Source: an uncultured Planctomycetia bacterium (GTDB lineage Bacteria > Omnitrophota > Gorgyraeia > 2-02-FULL-51-18 > JAGOUK01). From it: 64,000 bases of DNA. How positions within the stretch are numbered: the first letter of the stretch is position 1; every line of letters starts with the position of its first letter. The notes below the pieces were generated by a model that searched no databases, was not told where the DNA came from, and saw only the letters and a program-made list of their open reading frames with translations. Shown piece after piece: positions 59,101-64,000 of the stretch. The stretch spans positions 46,390 through 110,389 of the forward strand of contig CAYSFB010000005.1 in NCBI GenBank assembly GCA_964430735.1, read 5' to 3'. Position numbers and translations under genes: made by a program.

Positions 59101-59361
59101 GCCATCAAGCTGGTGACGCGATTGGCGATTTTTCTCGCGGATGCCGAGAAGACGCCGGAATTCAGAGACCGGCTGCGGCGCATTATCCGCCTTTCGACCG
59201 GTCAGGATGCCTCTGACGCCGAAATCGACGCGCTCATCGACGGCACGGCTTCCGCCGAGCTTCTCAAAAAACTCTCGGTCCGCCCGATTCTGACGGTCCC
59301 GATTTCCGCCTACCTTCGCGTCATGCAAATGACTGCCCGCATGGCCGAAGCCTCCGCCTGA
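47149..59361 (+). CDS. Giant (4,070 aa) signal-anchored multidomain protein: conserved N-terminal module, GHMP-kinase-like domain, metallophosphoesterase, and large NAD-glutamate-dehydrogenase-like region.
   Basis: An uninterrupted 12.2-kb frame starts 12 nt after the upstream stop. The N-terminus MSVLRTRTPIRIRAIAALAAAAFLLQDVAFAMP is a signal anchor. The homologous N-terminal module runs to about 48700. Confidence 0.85.
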   Translation: MSVLRTRTPIRIRAIAALAAAAFLLQDVAFAMPELAARAGVPHVPASAAMIEDRFDAGHSGGKTVFLIQDAHTNASGQRHIARTLEALHNQTGFTHVFLEAGSGDDSIGFLRPLAGSADRRNVAEPYLNKGLLQGAEYFELVTDRPVKLWGVEDPALYAQALAAYRTVALGRSVHEARIGRLDTAVEVLKHKIYNPALLELDRILLSDVRESKPFTELLAELDPFLKRASLGWGEFPELAAVHRALAMERKIDFDLVRLEEAEAIHRLPEADRAAIEAVRSSAGRIAGSNLAVQASHAALLKEALAAAPGPARSVPAELRKYFEYIEATQAIRTERAVREQERLTQALISRLTRTREEAGLVRAASALEAFRGLGALELTPDRYKSESANPYFADVARFEGFLNGQWMRLGTGYEKVVFLDPAFEDWIAEAKRFYDLTLARDRQMIREALLRMDEAGERKAVLVAGGYHAPNLKRLLRESGVSYVSILPQITHPTDKARYERLLLAQTPGRPAGSARAMSLKPSREANPALLEQIARDLASRPGASPEALRAVLSELSGGARLAASSQSVRTGVEAFADSIVDKLRRDPLFDFADFSSEAQTLFGSRTDRIPALEILAQRINRTLMEDRSLMPFEKARLYQFLADLSLNDREQSESVFGTDIFYGAYKRMMGTRRYLIERNRQLLAAFRSVMLPVLEKVKRPSGPVYSGNKVTAEVSARFDALHHGVGKDLFVYASVPDEKSVLNFTVDPDAGPAFRIVVRPSERRGVSVANFRYQHPDQKDAAPDVTRLEADDADGIRELKSDPQFNHVMAALSAAGLTSHRAGEEQVLSSIKSIYGMSPWEGIEIEIHSRLPVSSALGGGTGMTSALIAALLEYTGRGKAVSKAELALLGSYAEMLLAVDDPSSPMGGWQDALGALLTYLNWITIGSDRPFTELHEQAIFEGEVQIRREQQLMSSLLARSVPILLPSAEGTGSQDVLEELVSLHLRGSRRSREAAAAGRVRMEQAWDLISRYRSGDLTLESATDGLIRLMTEEAEAFGSLVLGVRHEGFDRLLSELTSARDLKNPDGTPLVSGGKIGGAGSRGVALVFLAAGNDRELSVRRRRVLDAAERAGMSSFPLRAGDGLRLKSAPVRRTQGARLTSAVSLRGLAPEVELEVLKHHRDELKKERFAPGTGNFTRVYLFSDIHGSIGKMDDFILKALKDAFPEAFGSIARLDPSISLQEQLAEPVRQVGGWNVIREKVAFLNGGDLMDRQDINKGESGLAVYERTIQLQELGLQEFTTGNHDHLVIMPLMGLHLPTYEGYRFYLDMTEAGKAAQRALEHEIYRDPARPDSKLKLRPVEDVVRERNRGFASDRDRTEFWSQKFSDYYTERIDPASPLVREWKQIGSEVLGDPASGSAPLMSKDQIKGLSGLQKVFWNKFTGKNMEDVDIYTGIRTIKVGDQEVCSTGLMSAMWWRELRTNFQQQLDKPLDAKDAIRDLSIRASWEKAIRYMDRILEGLEADLRKRRSEGQWWVRAIEALYNQNYYTAEQAAWDWVVHLGWGPALFEEINRLIRAGKIPGPEIDRSNFLLNSKIQEMSRRMQEMFALYSRNRYMTFLHATLPMDRATDSAPGDSAPILPGQFRFRYDGVTYVGAGHEASGSPSVWEGMDRLERAVREADPVHMSDAATAFNAIYDWYSDFKTRAKPRDVLELVNDDIAFTNFFNLNGIYGFLGTGHNPLPTGFAKYVREMLRRFAGVLTQAFGPRFRDYWLQLDAGVSLKFGNQGLMIAIHPADIAGGLRIFGYTKPDAKELTENPAIYYEKTYKNYKEQKKSDAETPEPNPAFTTEPVGHEDFLLGHLGIVEDRIRVLESRLRSQVEADGPGGARLAENLPEYKRTISRQLTGAMGQLSKLAQELENVKAEIARMRGYEPDPDGPEAPEEPGMNRAIIDYFLGGDLASRTDRLQDFADRIEYVREQISAASMPLLLDHPSREDLLGALADLSSAWKTLADLQNSLADRQASLMPVHHPIKYASSNLRVSILAIIRHYSELEPAVEDFVYYRDVMRLIRKGSGNVVRSMNLAERAGDWPWSRFESDEEFEAFCEQFEIRWVTLTGSPHPFDAVIQPAPSGNGMTDAVDELFSMQGEFEIAMREMPEFKDQPVASDIESDLRQMREWIELKEAVRPLQHQLNAKMAAYYIEKSMDLIDSKGAVRAGIFNVLTSDPRFAAGDRDFIHDELLFAPDSIDGRNLTDSDLTRRVLSHPALASVDPLRAKVVWHLFKAWTAWVGVRGPRGELVAQGFWDEIVALDRVDTIASVPWLAVYEERIAWAIREVSGNPALFLGPLTDSEYPSVEGRAAAAMDLADLLTAEPTSESEGEGMLVRAKRAVRMLHSAFGARLAADRVRPGQSEQRLNPAPREFRMARKLLKLVQNSDLEGMDKYVKTQALLAALYGGEAIIWHRNKQTGKWQRNIFRFSNGLLYTLPFSAMETVRSMRAGEDVRGSLLELLAPRDRDRNIYNHWKGLAEPVPAEAGGWTGKATEQNLTELILEISEEAAKYGIRPEHFATLAVDPDFQNPFLHTFIGIPAESHVFEQGASRLEMAATVMRLSPEDRSKFVRLENHFEPEILIEVADVPKNVTVIRDRHQVGDPKPGKGGIRFISAGQLSRDRDFMERFEKLKASGFNLDELRFFLRKWVREEVRALAIGMSVKNAVADLPFSGAKGTVLFADVEQSPKKGPVIQDLFAGMNASEDGGVSPAQRYKASVLRRFVDAMYDAGVLGPDDDVPAPDLGSTSADMDIMTDALLRRYLGLGIRQPYAETVHVLAGLRSSGHYPAELLDRIEEMVRSHRSNMDALMVRPVLLEIVAGYLKEAMAAGVKIKPGTPFGNLARLPATFTAKSEANLGSGYRSRATGEGVQEIAKTFYIEDHPEKSDSASPMDGVTVKIEGAGAVGLEAAIAAVRDGAKVISMKEATGTAFKSRGFTIEDLEKMRRVLQRNQDGSAVHPEGFALLDAKTAAASEFTIDGAFVLAGSDAQDAFLTEPAVFFYACAMENSINGTNVHALNADYIVEGANGAITNEAYWHLIEQGRTVLPDSLANAGGVTGSTWEWQANRDLVRHTAASERKMTLGQLTAAALRLRKIQNRWINSAGDPLDLRTATMIVLLERGFKGGPAAARLASQSIRTFEREVALVRDGVKANLVMQFAVPDRKDLVRRASLSIEVVQDPGSTPAPAMLQLPIAERPAILLSRIEDYIHELSQSRELLDDIGGLQREVALKFSRIVTADTMRDEMQLLNSAEAKAARATDDEDIRSVIRILQSAKRRFNDPEDEKFHGNYTGYINEVRRALDLLEPMGFNPHGPFGSDLGTADDPLETLGRAVVQFLQIAEGGDASDGARLAIWDRWFGGERNSGNRPSSQSVIEHNLQAIERLVQTAVIPSFDRQMKRLYWRGETHLIPLSAPAFEGIVDGPEASFQIHAVHVDADGRILPSGEVEGSVRTILDLTDHMRLRARSKSPNFLATIHQFNRSGSKPLYERLRVMRQDFLQSRRGREVRDLEMTRGSGWLLGERAAVILEKLQDGAVRIGVYTDSRMPVRPAGSVDEDSDAPAVEWDAHIPFNQVRKTDLRSYEFVWKRANGSVQSDPEAIYLNDGDVRLWIKSVDPGLGGITLSYQAPVRLRQRRISQTDIPSKSGSRLAKAGQYRARYLFEPAAVKQVQSPVTEQSLSPTRPSGRYERHRLRSAQIPSALRTVIENGDLERFGSGVFAAQPAAFESDTDFAMLLDEKDPVIIRASYDSSADILSLWALTSDENPILLHQIRNPRRAFVEDARRSAAVSLSMSDVQMTIEALHASLDALMPVSRSEDAAAPAKVRNRILEYTLDSWFDPEHPEDFDVVVPLLVQEALSARRALENQVAFTLKGREDLAVRVLAAASAAGAGDLFYSSEEDLKRRLPGFDSDDVVTVRVQSSDDPRPAAPVNGEAADVRTIAVQPLRRSQDNRIGVPAIKLVTRLAIFLADAEKTPEFRDRLRRIIRLSTGQDASDAEIDALIDGTASAELLKKLSVRPILTVPISAYLRVMQMTARMAEASA
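49380..50540 (+). other. GHMP-family (sugar/small-molecule) kinase-like domain.
   Basis: IEIEIHSRLPVSSALGGGTGMTSALIAALL is comparable to GHMP motif II, P-x-[GSA]-x-G-L-G-S-S-A-A. The C-terminal PLVSGGKIGGAGSRGVALVFL is comparable to GHMP motif III, G-A-K-x-x-G-A-G-G-G-G. Confidence 0.45.
50680..51500 (+). other. Calcineurin-like metallophosphoesterase domain.
   Basis: RVYLFSDIHGS (D-x-H), NGGDLMDRQ (G-D-x-x-D-R) and TTGNHDHLV (G-N-H-[DE]) appear in the canonical order. Confidence 0.5.
53000..59361 (+). other. Large NAD-specific glutamate-dehydrogenase-like (Bac_GDH / L_180-class) region. The catalytic core lies at about 55000-56460.
   Basis: KPGKGGIRFISAGQLSRDRDFMERFE...MSVKNAVADLPFSGAKGTVLF is comparable to large-GDH [42 protein letters not shown]. 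The Rossmann motif IEGAGAVGLEAAIAA is present. IVEGANGAITNEAYWHL...LANAGGVTGSTWEWQAN is comparable to GDH EGAN.PTT.EA......PD...NAGGV..SYFEW.QN. Confidence 0.55.
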
Positions 59362-59482
59362 CCCGGTTCGCCCATTCCTGATCCGGCCCTTCCCGACCGG
59401 TGTAAAAACCGGTGCTTGCCCGTGTTTGTTCCATGTGATAGACTTCTCGAATCACTTTTCTCACGTCCTGTTAAAAGTTGAT

Positions 59483-60781
59483 ATGAATAAATACTTTTTA
59501 CTTCCCATTCTCACTCTTTCCTTAATAGCAGGCGGATGCGCTTCCAAGTCATCCACCGGCGCGAACGCTTCACAGACAGTGACCGTTTGGCACTGGATGA
59601 GCGACCGCGAAGACGCCTTCCTCGAACTCGCCAAGCGTTACGAAACCCAGACCGGCGTTAAAGTGAAGTTCGACCTCTACGCTCCTTCCGAATCCTACTC
59701 GCAAAAAGTCAAAGCCGCAGCCCAGACCAACACGCTTCCCGATGTCTTCGGTGTGCTCGGCGAATCGCGCGATCTGGCCAGCTTCATCAAATCGGGCTTC
59801 GTCGCCGATCTTTCGGATTCGCTGAGTGTCGACGGCGGTTGGCGTAACCGCCTGTTCGAGAAGGCCTTTGAGGTCAACCAGTTCAAGGCCGGCAACGCGT
59901 ACGGCGTGACTCCCGGCGTGTACGGCATCCCGCTCGACATGACCACCATCCAATTTGTGTACAACAAGGATCTCTTTGCCAAGGCCGGGCTCGACCCCGA
60001 GCAGGCGCCGCGCACCTGGCAGGAATTCATGACCGCAGCCCGCGCGCTCCAGGAAGCCGGTATCCCGCCGCTCGTCGGCGGCTTCGGCGAGATCTGGATG
60101 CTCGACGCGCTCTCGTCCAACTGGGCGATGAACATCATGGGCGAGGAAAAGTTCTTCGACACCTACCGCGGCAAGGTCAAATACACCGACTCCGACTGGG
60201 TTCAAGTCCTCTCGCTCTTCAAGGAAATGGTCGACGAAGGGGCCATCGTCCCCGGCGCCGTCACCATGGTCAACAAGACCGCCGAGCAGACCTTCGCCAA
60301 CGGCCGCGCCGCGATGGCCTTCAACGGCTCCTGGTGCGTCAACGTCTATAAAGGAATGAACCCGACGCTCAATTACGGCGCGTTCCTGCCCCCGCAGGTC
60401 AGCGCCAGCCGTTCGATCAAGATCTGGGGCGGGGCGGGGTCGAGCTTCATGATCAACGCCCGCTCAACGCGCAAGGATCAGGCCGTCGCCTTCGTGAAGT
60501 GGCTTGCAGAAGCCGACCAACAGGCCTTCCTCTCCAACGCCACGAACAACCTGCCGGCCAACCGTCAGAGCCTCAAGGACCTTTCGCCGATCCTGGCCCA
60601 ATTTGCCGACGATATCGACAACACCACTCATCCCAACGTTTATCCGGTGCATGAAGATCACCGGGTTCTGGAGGCCTGGTCCAAGGGCATTCAGTCCATC
60701 TTGATCGGGGAAAAGACCCCCGAGCAAGTCGCCCAGGAGGTTCAAACGGCGAAGGAACGCGAGATGAGCCGGAAGCAATGA
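59483..60781 (+). CDS. ABC transporter extracellular solute-binding lipoprotein (family 1, CUT1, sugar-type). The ORF-track start at 59426 is probably too far upstream.
   Basis: MNKYFLLPILTLSLIAGGCASKSS is a lipoprotein signal with a LIAGGC lipobox. The binding-protein-like sequence follows. The stop overlaps the permease start (ATGA at 60778-60781). Confidence 0.65.
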   Translation: MNKYFLLPILTLSLIAGGCASKSSTGANASQTVTVWHWMSDREDAFLELAKRYETQTGVKVKFDLYAPSESYSQKVKAAAQTNTLPDVFGVLGESRDLASFIKSGFVADLSDSLSVDGGWRNRLFEKAFEVNQFKAGNAYGVTPGVYGIPLDMTTIQFVYNKDLFAKAGLDPEQAPRTWQEFMTAARALQEAGIPPLVGGFGEIWMLDALSSNWAMNIMGEEKFFDTYRGKVKYTDSDWVQVLSLFKEMVDEGAIVPGAVTMVNKTAEQTFANGRAAMAFNGSWCVNVYKGMNPTLNYGAFLPPQVSASRSIKIWGGAGSSFMINARSTRKDQAVAFVKWLAEADQQAFLSNATNNLPANRQSLKDLSPILAQFADDIDNTTHPNVYPVHEDHRVLEAWSKGIQSILIGEKTPEQVAQEVQTAKEREMSRKQ

Positions 60782-61665
60782 ACCATTACAAAGTCCGCGA
60801 AATTCTCGGCAATTACGCGTTCGTCGTTCCCGCCCTCCTCCTGTTCGCCGTTTTCAGCGCCTACCCGTTCATCAAAGTCTTCCAGTTAGCCGCCTTCGAG
60901 TTCGACGGCATCTCGCCCGAAAAGATCTTCGTCGGCTGGGACAACATCACCGACATCCTCTTCAACAACCCCGTGTTCTGGGGATCGATGAAGAACGCCC
61001 TCATCGTCACGGTCCTGGCGCTGGTCGTCCAGAACCTCCTCGCGCTCATGCTCGCATTGGCCTGCGACCGCGACATCCGGTTCGGCAACGTGTACCGCGT
61101 GATCTTCTACATCCCTCCGGTGCTGTCGGGCATCGTCGTCGGTCTCATCTGGCAGTGGATTTACGACGGCAATTACGGTCTTTTCAACCATCTTCTCGAA
61201 TTCCTGCGCCTGGGCCACTTGAAGCGCGCGTGGCTGGCCGACGGCAACACCGCGCTCGTCGCCGTAGCCGTGATCCACATGTGGAAGGGCTTCGGCTGGG
61301 GCTTCATCGTTCTTTTGGCCGGTCTCCAGAGCATCCCGCGCGAACTGTACGAAGCGGCCAAGGTCGACGGCGCCAACGCCTGGCACACTTTTATGAACGT
61401 GACCGCGCCCCTCATGATCCCGGTTTTTGTCCTCGTGTCCGTGCTCACCATCCTGGGCACGATGCAGATTTACGACATCATCGTCTCGACCACCGGCGGC
61501 GGTCCCGGTTACCACACCGAAGTTCCGATTTCGCGCATGATCGCGGAAATGACCGGCGCGTCGCGCTTCGGTTACGCCTGCGCGATGGGCGTCGTGTTCG
61601 GCACCGTCCTCCTGGCCGTGTCGCTGGTCCAGATCCGCGTGTCCAAGGCGATGCGCCAGGTCTAA
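60778..61665 (+). CDS. ABC transporter permease, MalF/UgpA-like (CUT1).
   Basis: Six TM segments and the EAA loop YEAAKVDGANAWHTFMNVTAPL. Confidence 0.75.
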   Translation: MNHYKVREILGNYAFVVPALLLFAVFSAYPFIKVFQLAAFEFDGISPEKIFVGWDNITDILFNNPVFWGSMKNALIVTVLALVVQNLLALMLALACDRDIRFGNVYRVIFYIPPVLSGIVVGLIWQWIYDGNYGLFNHLLEFLRLGHLKRAWLADGNTALVAVAVIHMWKGFGWGFIVLLAGLQSIPRELYEAAKVDGANAWHTFMNVTAPLMIPVFVLVSVLTILGTMQIYDIIVSTTGGGPGYHTEVPISRMIAEMTGASRFGYACAMGVVFGTVLLAVSLVQIRVSKAMRQV

Positions 61666-61669
61666 CGCC

Positions 61670-62515
61670 ATGAACGTCACCCTCGAAAAAGCCAAGAATC
61701 TCTCGATCAGCGCCCTGATTCACACGCTGCTGGCCGGCGTGAGCCTTCTGTGCGTGTTTCCGCTGGTGTGGGCCTTTTCGTCGAGCCTCAAGACCCAGGC
61801 GACGGTCTTTTCGGACATGTCGCTCATCCCCAAGGACCCGCAGTGGGGCAACTACATCGACGCGTGGACCAAGGGCGACTTCGGCCTTTACTTCATGAAC
61901 AGCGTGTTCTACACGACCATCGTCGTGATCGGCGTGATCCTGATCTCGTCGCTGGCGGCGTACGCGTTTTCGCGCTTCGAGTTCCCGGGCAAGAACTTCC
62001 TGTTTTATCTGCTCATCGCGACGATGATGATCCCGATCCCCGGCACGATCATCCCGCTGTACGTCCTCCTCGTGAAGCTGGGCCTCGCGAACACCGCGAT
62101 CGGCTACATCCTGCCGCAGATCAACGGCGGCCTCGCGCTCGGCATCTTCCTCATGAAGACCTTTTTTGACGACCTCCCCAAGGAACTCGAAGAGTCCGCC
62201 CGCATCGACGGCTGCGGACGCCTGCGCGTGTACGCTTACATCGCGATTCCGCTGGCCAAGCCCGCCATCGCGGTGCTGGCGATCTTCAACGTGTTGAACG
62301 TCTGGAACGAGTACCTGCTGGCGATGCTGGTGCTCTCGGACAAGGGCCTCATGCCGCTGCAGCGCGGCCTCATGGTGTTCCAGGGCGCGCACATCACGCA
62401 GTATCCGCTCCTCATGGCGGGCATCTGCATCACGATCGCGCCGGTCATTCTTCTGTACCTCGCGCTTCAGAAGTACATCATCAAGGGAATTACGGCCGGA
62501 GCCGTGAAGGGGTAG
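61670..62515 (+). CDS. ABC transporter permease, MalG/UgpE-like (CUT1).
   Basis: Six TM segments and the EAA-like loop LEESARIDGCGRLRVYAYIAIPLAKP. It starts 4 nt after the upstream stop. Confidence 0.75.
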   Translation: MNVTLEKAKNLSISALIHTLLAGVSLLCVFPLVWAFSSSLKTQATVFSDMSLIPKDPQWGNYIDAWTKGDFGLYFMNSVFYTTIVVIGVILISSLAAYAFSRFEFPGKNFLFYLLIATMMIPIPGTIIPLYVLLVKLGLANTAIGYILPQINGGLALGIFLMKTFFDDLPKELEESARIDGCGRLRVYAYIAIPLAKPAIAVLAIFNVLNVWNEYLLAMLVLSDKGLMPLQRGLMVFQGAHITQYPLLMAGICITIAPVILLYLALQKYIIKGITAGAVKG

Positions 62516-62519
62516 TCGG

Positions 62520-64000
62520 ATGAAAAAACTTCTTTCTCTCGCGTTGTTCGCCTGCCTGCTCCCGTCCGTCCCCGCGTTTGCGGATCCCGCGGCGGTCCAG
62601 GCCGATCCCGCTGCGCAGGGGACGCTCGTCAAAAACATCCACGGCGACGAGATGGAACTGAAGTTCGAGCTTTTTGACCCCGGCACCGAAGACATCGTGA
62701 AGTACAAAAAGTACGGTCAGTTCATCGGCCGCGGAACCGGCGATTACCAGTACAAGATCACCGACCGCAAAGGCCTGGCCGCCGCCGTCGGCGTCGGCGT
62801 GTATCCCTCGACCAGCGTCTATAAGGACCCCGCGTTCCAGAAGCTCAACGCCGCCGGCAAGCTCCGCGGCATTCACTGGGACTTTACGAACGTCAACGAC
62901 GTGCAGCTTTCTTTTTATAAATGGGCCACCGCCGCCGAAACGCCGGGCGTCAAACAGTACTTCACCGCGATGGCGCTGGAGCGGGCCGGGTTCACGCTGC
63001 AGGCGATCAAGGCGTATCACGCGGTCATCGTGCACTTTCCGAAGCAGGTGGGTTGGACCGTCTGGCACACCCCGATTTATTACGCCCAGCGCGCGACGGA
63101 CAAGATCGAATACCTGACCCGCACGCATCCGGAGCTGGGCATCAAGTACGTCAATTACAAGTTCGTCGTCCGCAACGGCGACGACCTCGACATTTCCAAC
63201 GACGTGTACCTGCAGATCGACCCGGGCGGCTTCCAGCGCGTGACCGACCCCGCGCAGCTCAATCCGCCGGCTCAGGACGTGAGCGGCCTGCCGGTCAAGA
63301 AAAGCATCGGAGGCGACCACGTCAAACTCGTCCAGCTCTCCAATGGTCATTGGCAGATGCGCGTGGACGGCAAGCCGTTTATGATCCGCGCGATCGCGTA
63401 CGAACCCACGCCGGTCGGCCAATCGCCCCATAACAACACGCGCGAGGACTGGATGAAGGCCGACAGCAACGGCAACGGCCTCCTCGACGGACCCTACGAG
63501 TCCTGGGTTGACGCCAATGAGAACAATCAGCAGGACGCGGACGAACCGGTGATCGGGGACTTCGAGCTCATGCGCCAGATGGGCGTCAACGCGCTACGGC
63601 ACTATCACGGCGCTTCCAACAAGCAGCTTTTGCGCGAACTCTACGACAAATACGGCATCATGGCCGTCATCGGCGACTTCATGGGCATGTACGCGGTCGG
63701 TTCCGGCGCCGAATGGTACAAGGGCACCGACTTCACCGACCCCGCGCAGCTGGAAAACATGCGCCAAAGTATCCGCAAAACCGTGATGGAACACAAAGAC
63801 GAGCCGTACGTTCTGATGTGGGTGCTGTCGAACGAAGGAAATTACGGCATCGCCGGCGACGAAACGCGCGCGACGATGCTCGAGCGGCTGGGCCTGGGCT
63901 CGCGCGGCAAGGAGCAGAACGAACAGATGTACGCGTTTGCCAACGAGATGGCCAAGATGATCAAGGAGCTCGATCCGAATCACCCTGTCGCATTCTCGAA
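62520..64000 (+). CDS. Secreted TIM-barrel glycoside hydrolase (GH2/GH5-like), 3' end outside the window. It is not listed in the ORF track because no stop lies within the window.
   Basis: The ATG at 62520 gives MKKLLSLALFACLLPSVPAFADPAA, a signal peptide. MGVNALRHYHGASNKQ is comparable to the GH2 N-A-[IV]-R-T-S-H-Y-P box. MWVLSNEGNYG carries an N-E acid/base-like site. The frame is open to the window end. Confidence 0.5.
   Translation, partial: MKKLLSLALFACLLPSVPAFADPAAVQADPAAQGTLVKNIHGDEMELKFELFDPGTEDIVKYKKYGQFIGRGTGDYQYKITDRKGLAAAVGVGVYPSTSVYKDPAFQKLNAAGKLRGIHWDFTNVNDVQLSFYKWATAAETPGVKQYFTAMALERAGFTLQAIKAYHAVIVHFPKQVGWTVWHTPIYYAQRATDKIEYLTRTHPELGIKYVNYKFVVRNGDDLDISNDVYLQIDPGGFQRVTDPAQLNPPAQDVSGLPVKKSIGGDHVKLVQLSNGHWQMRVDGKPFMIRAIAYEPTPVGQSPHNNTREDWMKADSNGNGLLDGPYESWVDANENNQQDADEPVIGDFELMRQMGVNALRHYHGASNKQLLRELYDKYGIMAVIGDFMGMYAVGSGAEWYKGTDFTDPAQLENMRQSIRKTVMEHKDEPYVLMWVLSNEGNYGIAGDETRATMLERLGLGSRGKEQNEQMYAFANEMAKMIKELDPNHPVAFS

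Noticed and set aside
7561-59361. Possibility that the giant ORFs are NRPS/PKS megasynthases.
   Set aside because: No adenylation (SGTTGxPKG), condensation (HHxxxDG), ketosynthase (DTACSSS) or carrier-protein (GGHSL/LGxDS) motifs were seen. The domains present are glycosyltransferase, kinase, hydrolase and dehydrogenase types.
59395-59420. ACCGGTGTAAAAACCGGTG element after the 4.1k gene as a terminator.
   Set aside because: It is a direct repeat of the self-complementary hexamer ACCGGT. That gives only a 6-bp stem with a weak T-tract, which is too marginal to call.
59426-59482. Upstream extension of the solute-binding-protein ORF (the ORF-track start at 59426).
   Set aside because: The lipoprotein signal peptide MNKYFLLPILTLSLIAGGC begins at the internal ATG at 59483. 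The extension adds a non-signal leader (MFHVIDFSNHFSHVLLKVD).
62490-63431. 313-aa minus-strand ORF at the 3' end.
   Set aside because: It is antisense to the open + frame starting at 62520. That frame encodes a signal peptide and TIM-barrel glycosidase motifs. The ORF track omitted the + frame only because it has no stop within the window.
1-64000. Mobile elements, CRISPR arrays, tRNA/rRNA genes.
   Set aside because: I saw no terminal inverted repeats with a transposase-like ORF and no regularly spaced direct repeats. There is no cloverleaf-capable 70-90-nt segment in the few non-coding gaps, and no rRNA-like conserved stretches.

Overview
The window is high-GC (about 63-65%) bacterial DNA dominated by a same-strand tandem array of giant genes. 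It holds the 3' portion of one giant ORF (3..4493), then a 10,307-aa ORF (7561..38484), a 2,805-aa ORF (38719..47136) and a 4,070-aa ORF (47149..59361). The three complete giant proteins share a homologous N-terminal module of about 500 aa with a signal anchor ending in a Q-[DE]-[VL] motif, followed by boxes IQDAH(T/S)N.SGQ, GVED.ELY and (V/A)GG(Y/F)H(T/A). Their C-terminal regions carry different enzyme-domain arrays. In the 10.3k-aa protein these are a TM-embedded GT2-like synthase, a GT5 glycogen-synthase-like domain, two Nudix domains, two guanylate-kinase-like domains, a putative six-hairpin glycosidase and CBM- and YD-repeat-like regions. The 2.8k-aa protein carries an ECF-sigma-like segment, an internal twin-arginine signal, a guanylate-kinase-like domain and a GT35 alpha-glucan-phosphorylase-like domain. 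The 4.1k-aa protein carries a GHMP-kinase-like domain, a calcineurin-type metallophosphoesterase and a large NAD-glutamate-dehydrogenase-like (Bac_GDH) region. The pentapeptide G[AS]RLA recurs about 20 times across all four giant ORFs, often at module junctions. Upstream lie a TPR lipoprotein gene and an STT3/AglB-like GT-C membrane glycosyltransferase gene, translationally coupled. Downstream lie a CUT1-type sugar ABC transporter (binding protein plus two permeases, no ATPase in the window) and a secreted TIM-barrel glycoside hydrolase truncated at the 3' end. Intergenic regions are conspicuously AT-rich and contain sigma70-like promoters and a long-loop terminator. I found no rRNA, tRNA, CRISPR or transposon, and I read the long antisense ORFs as high-GC artefacts. 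All domain calls rest on motifs read by eye in the translations and are not search results.
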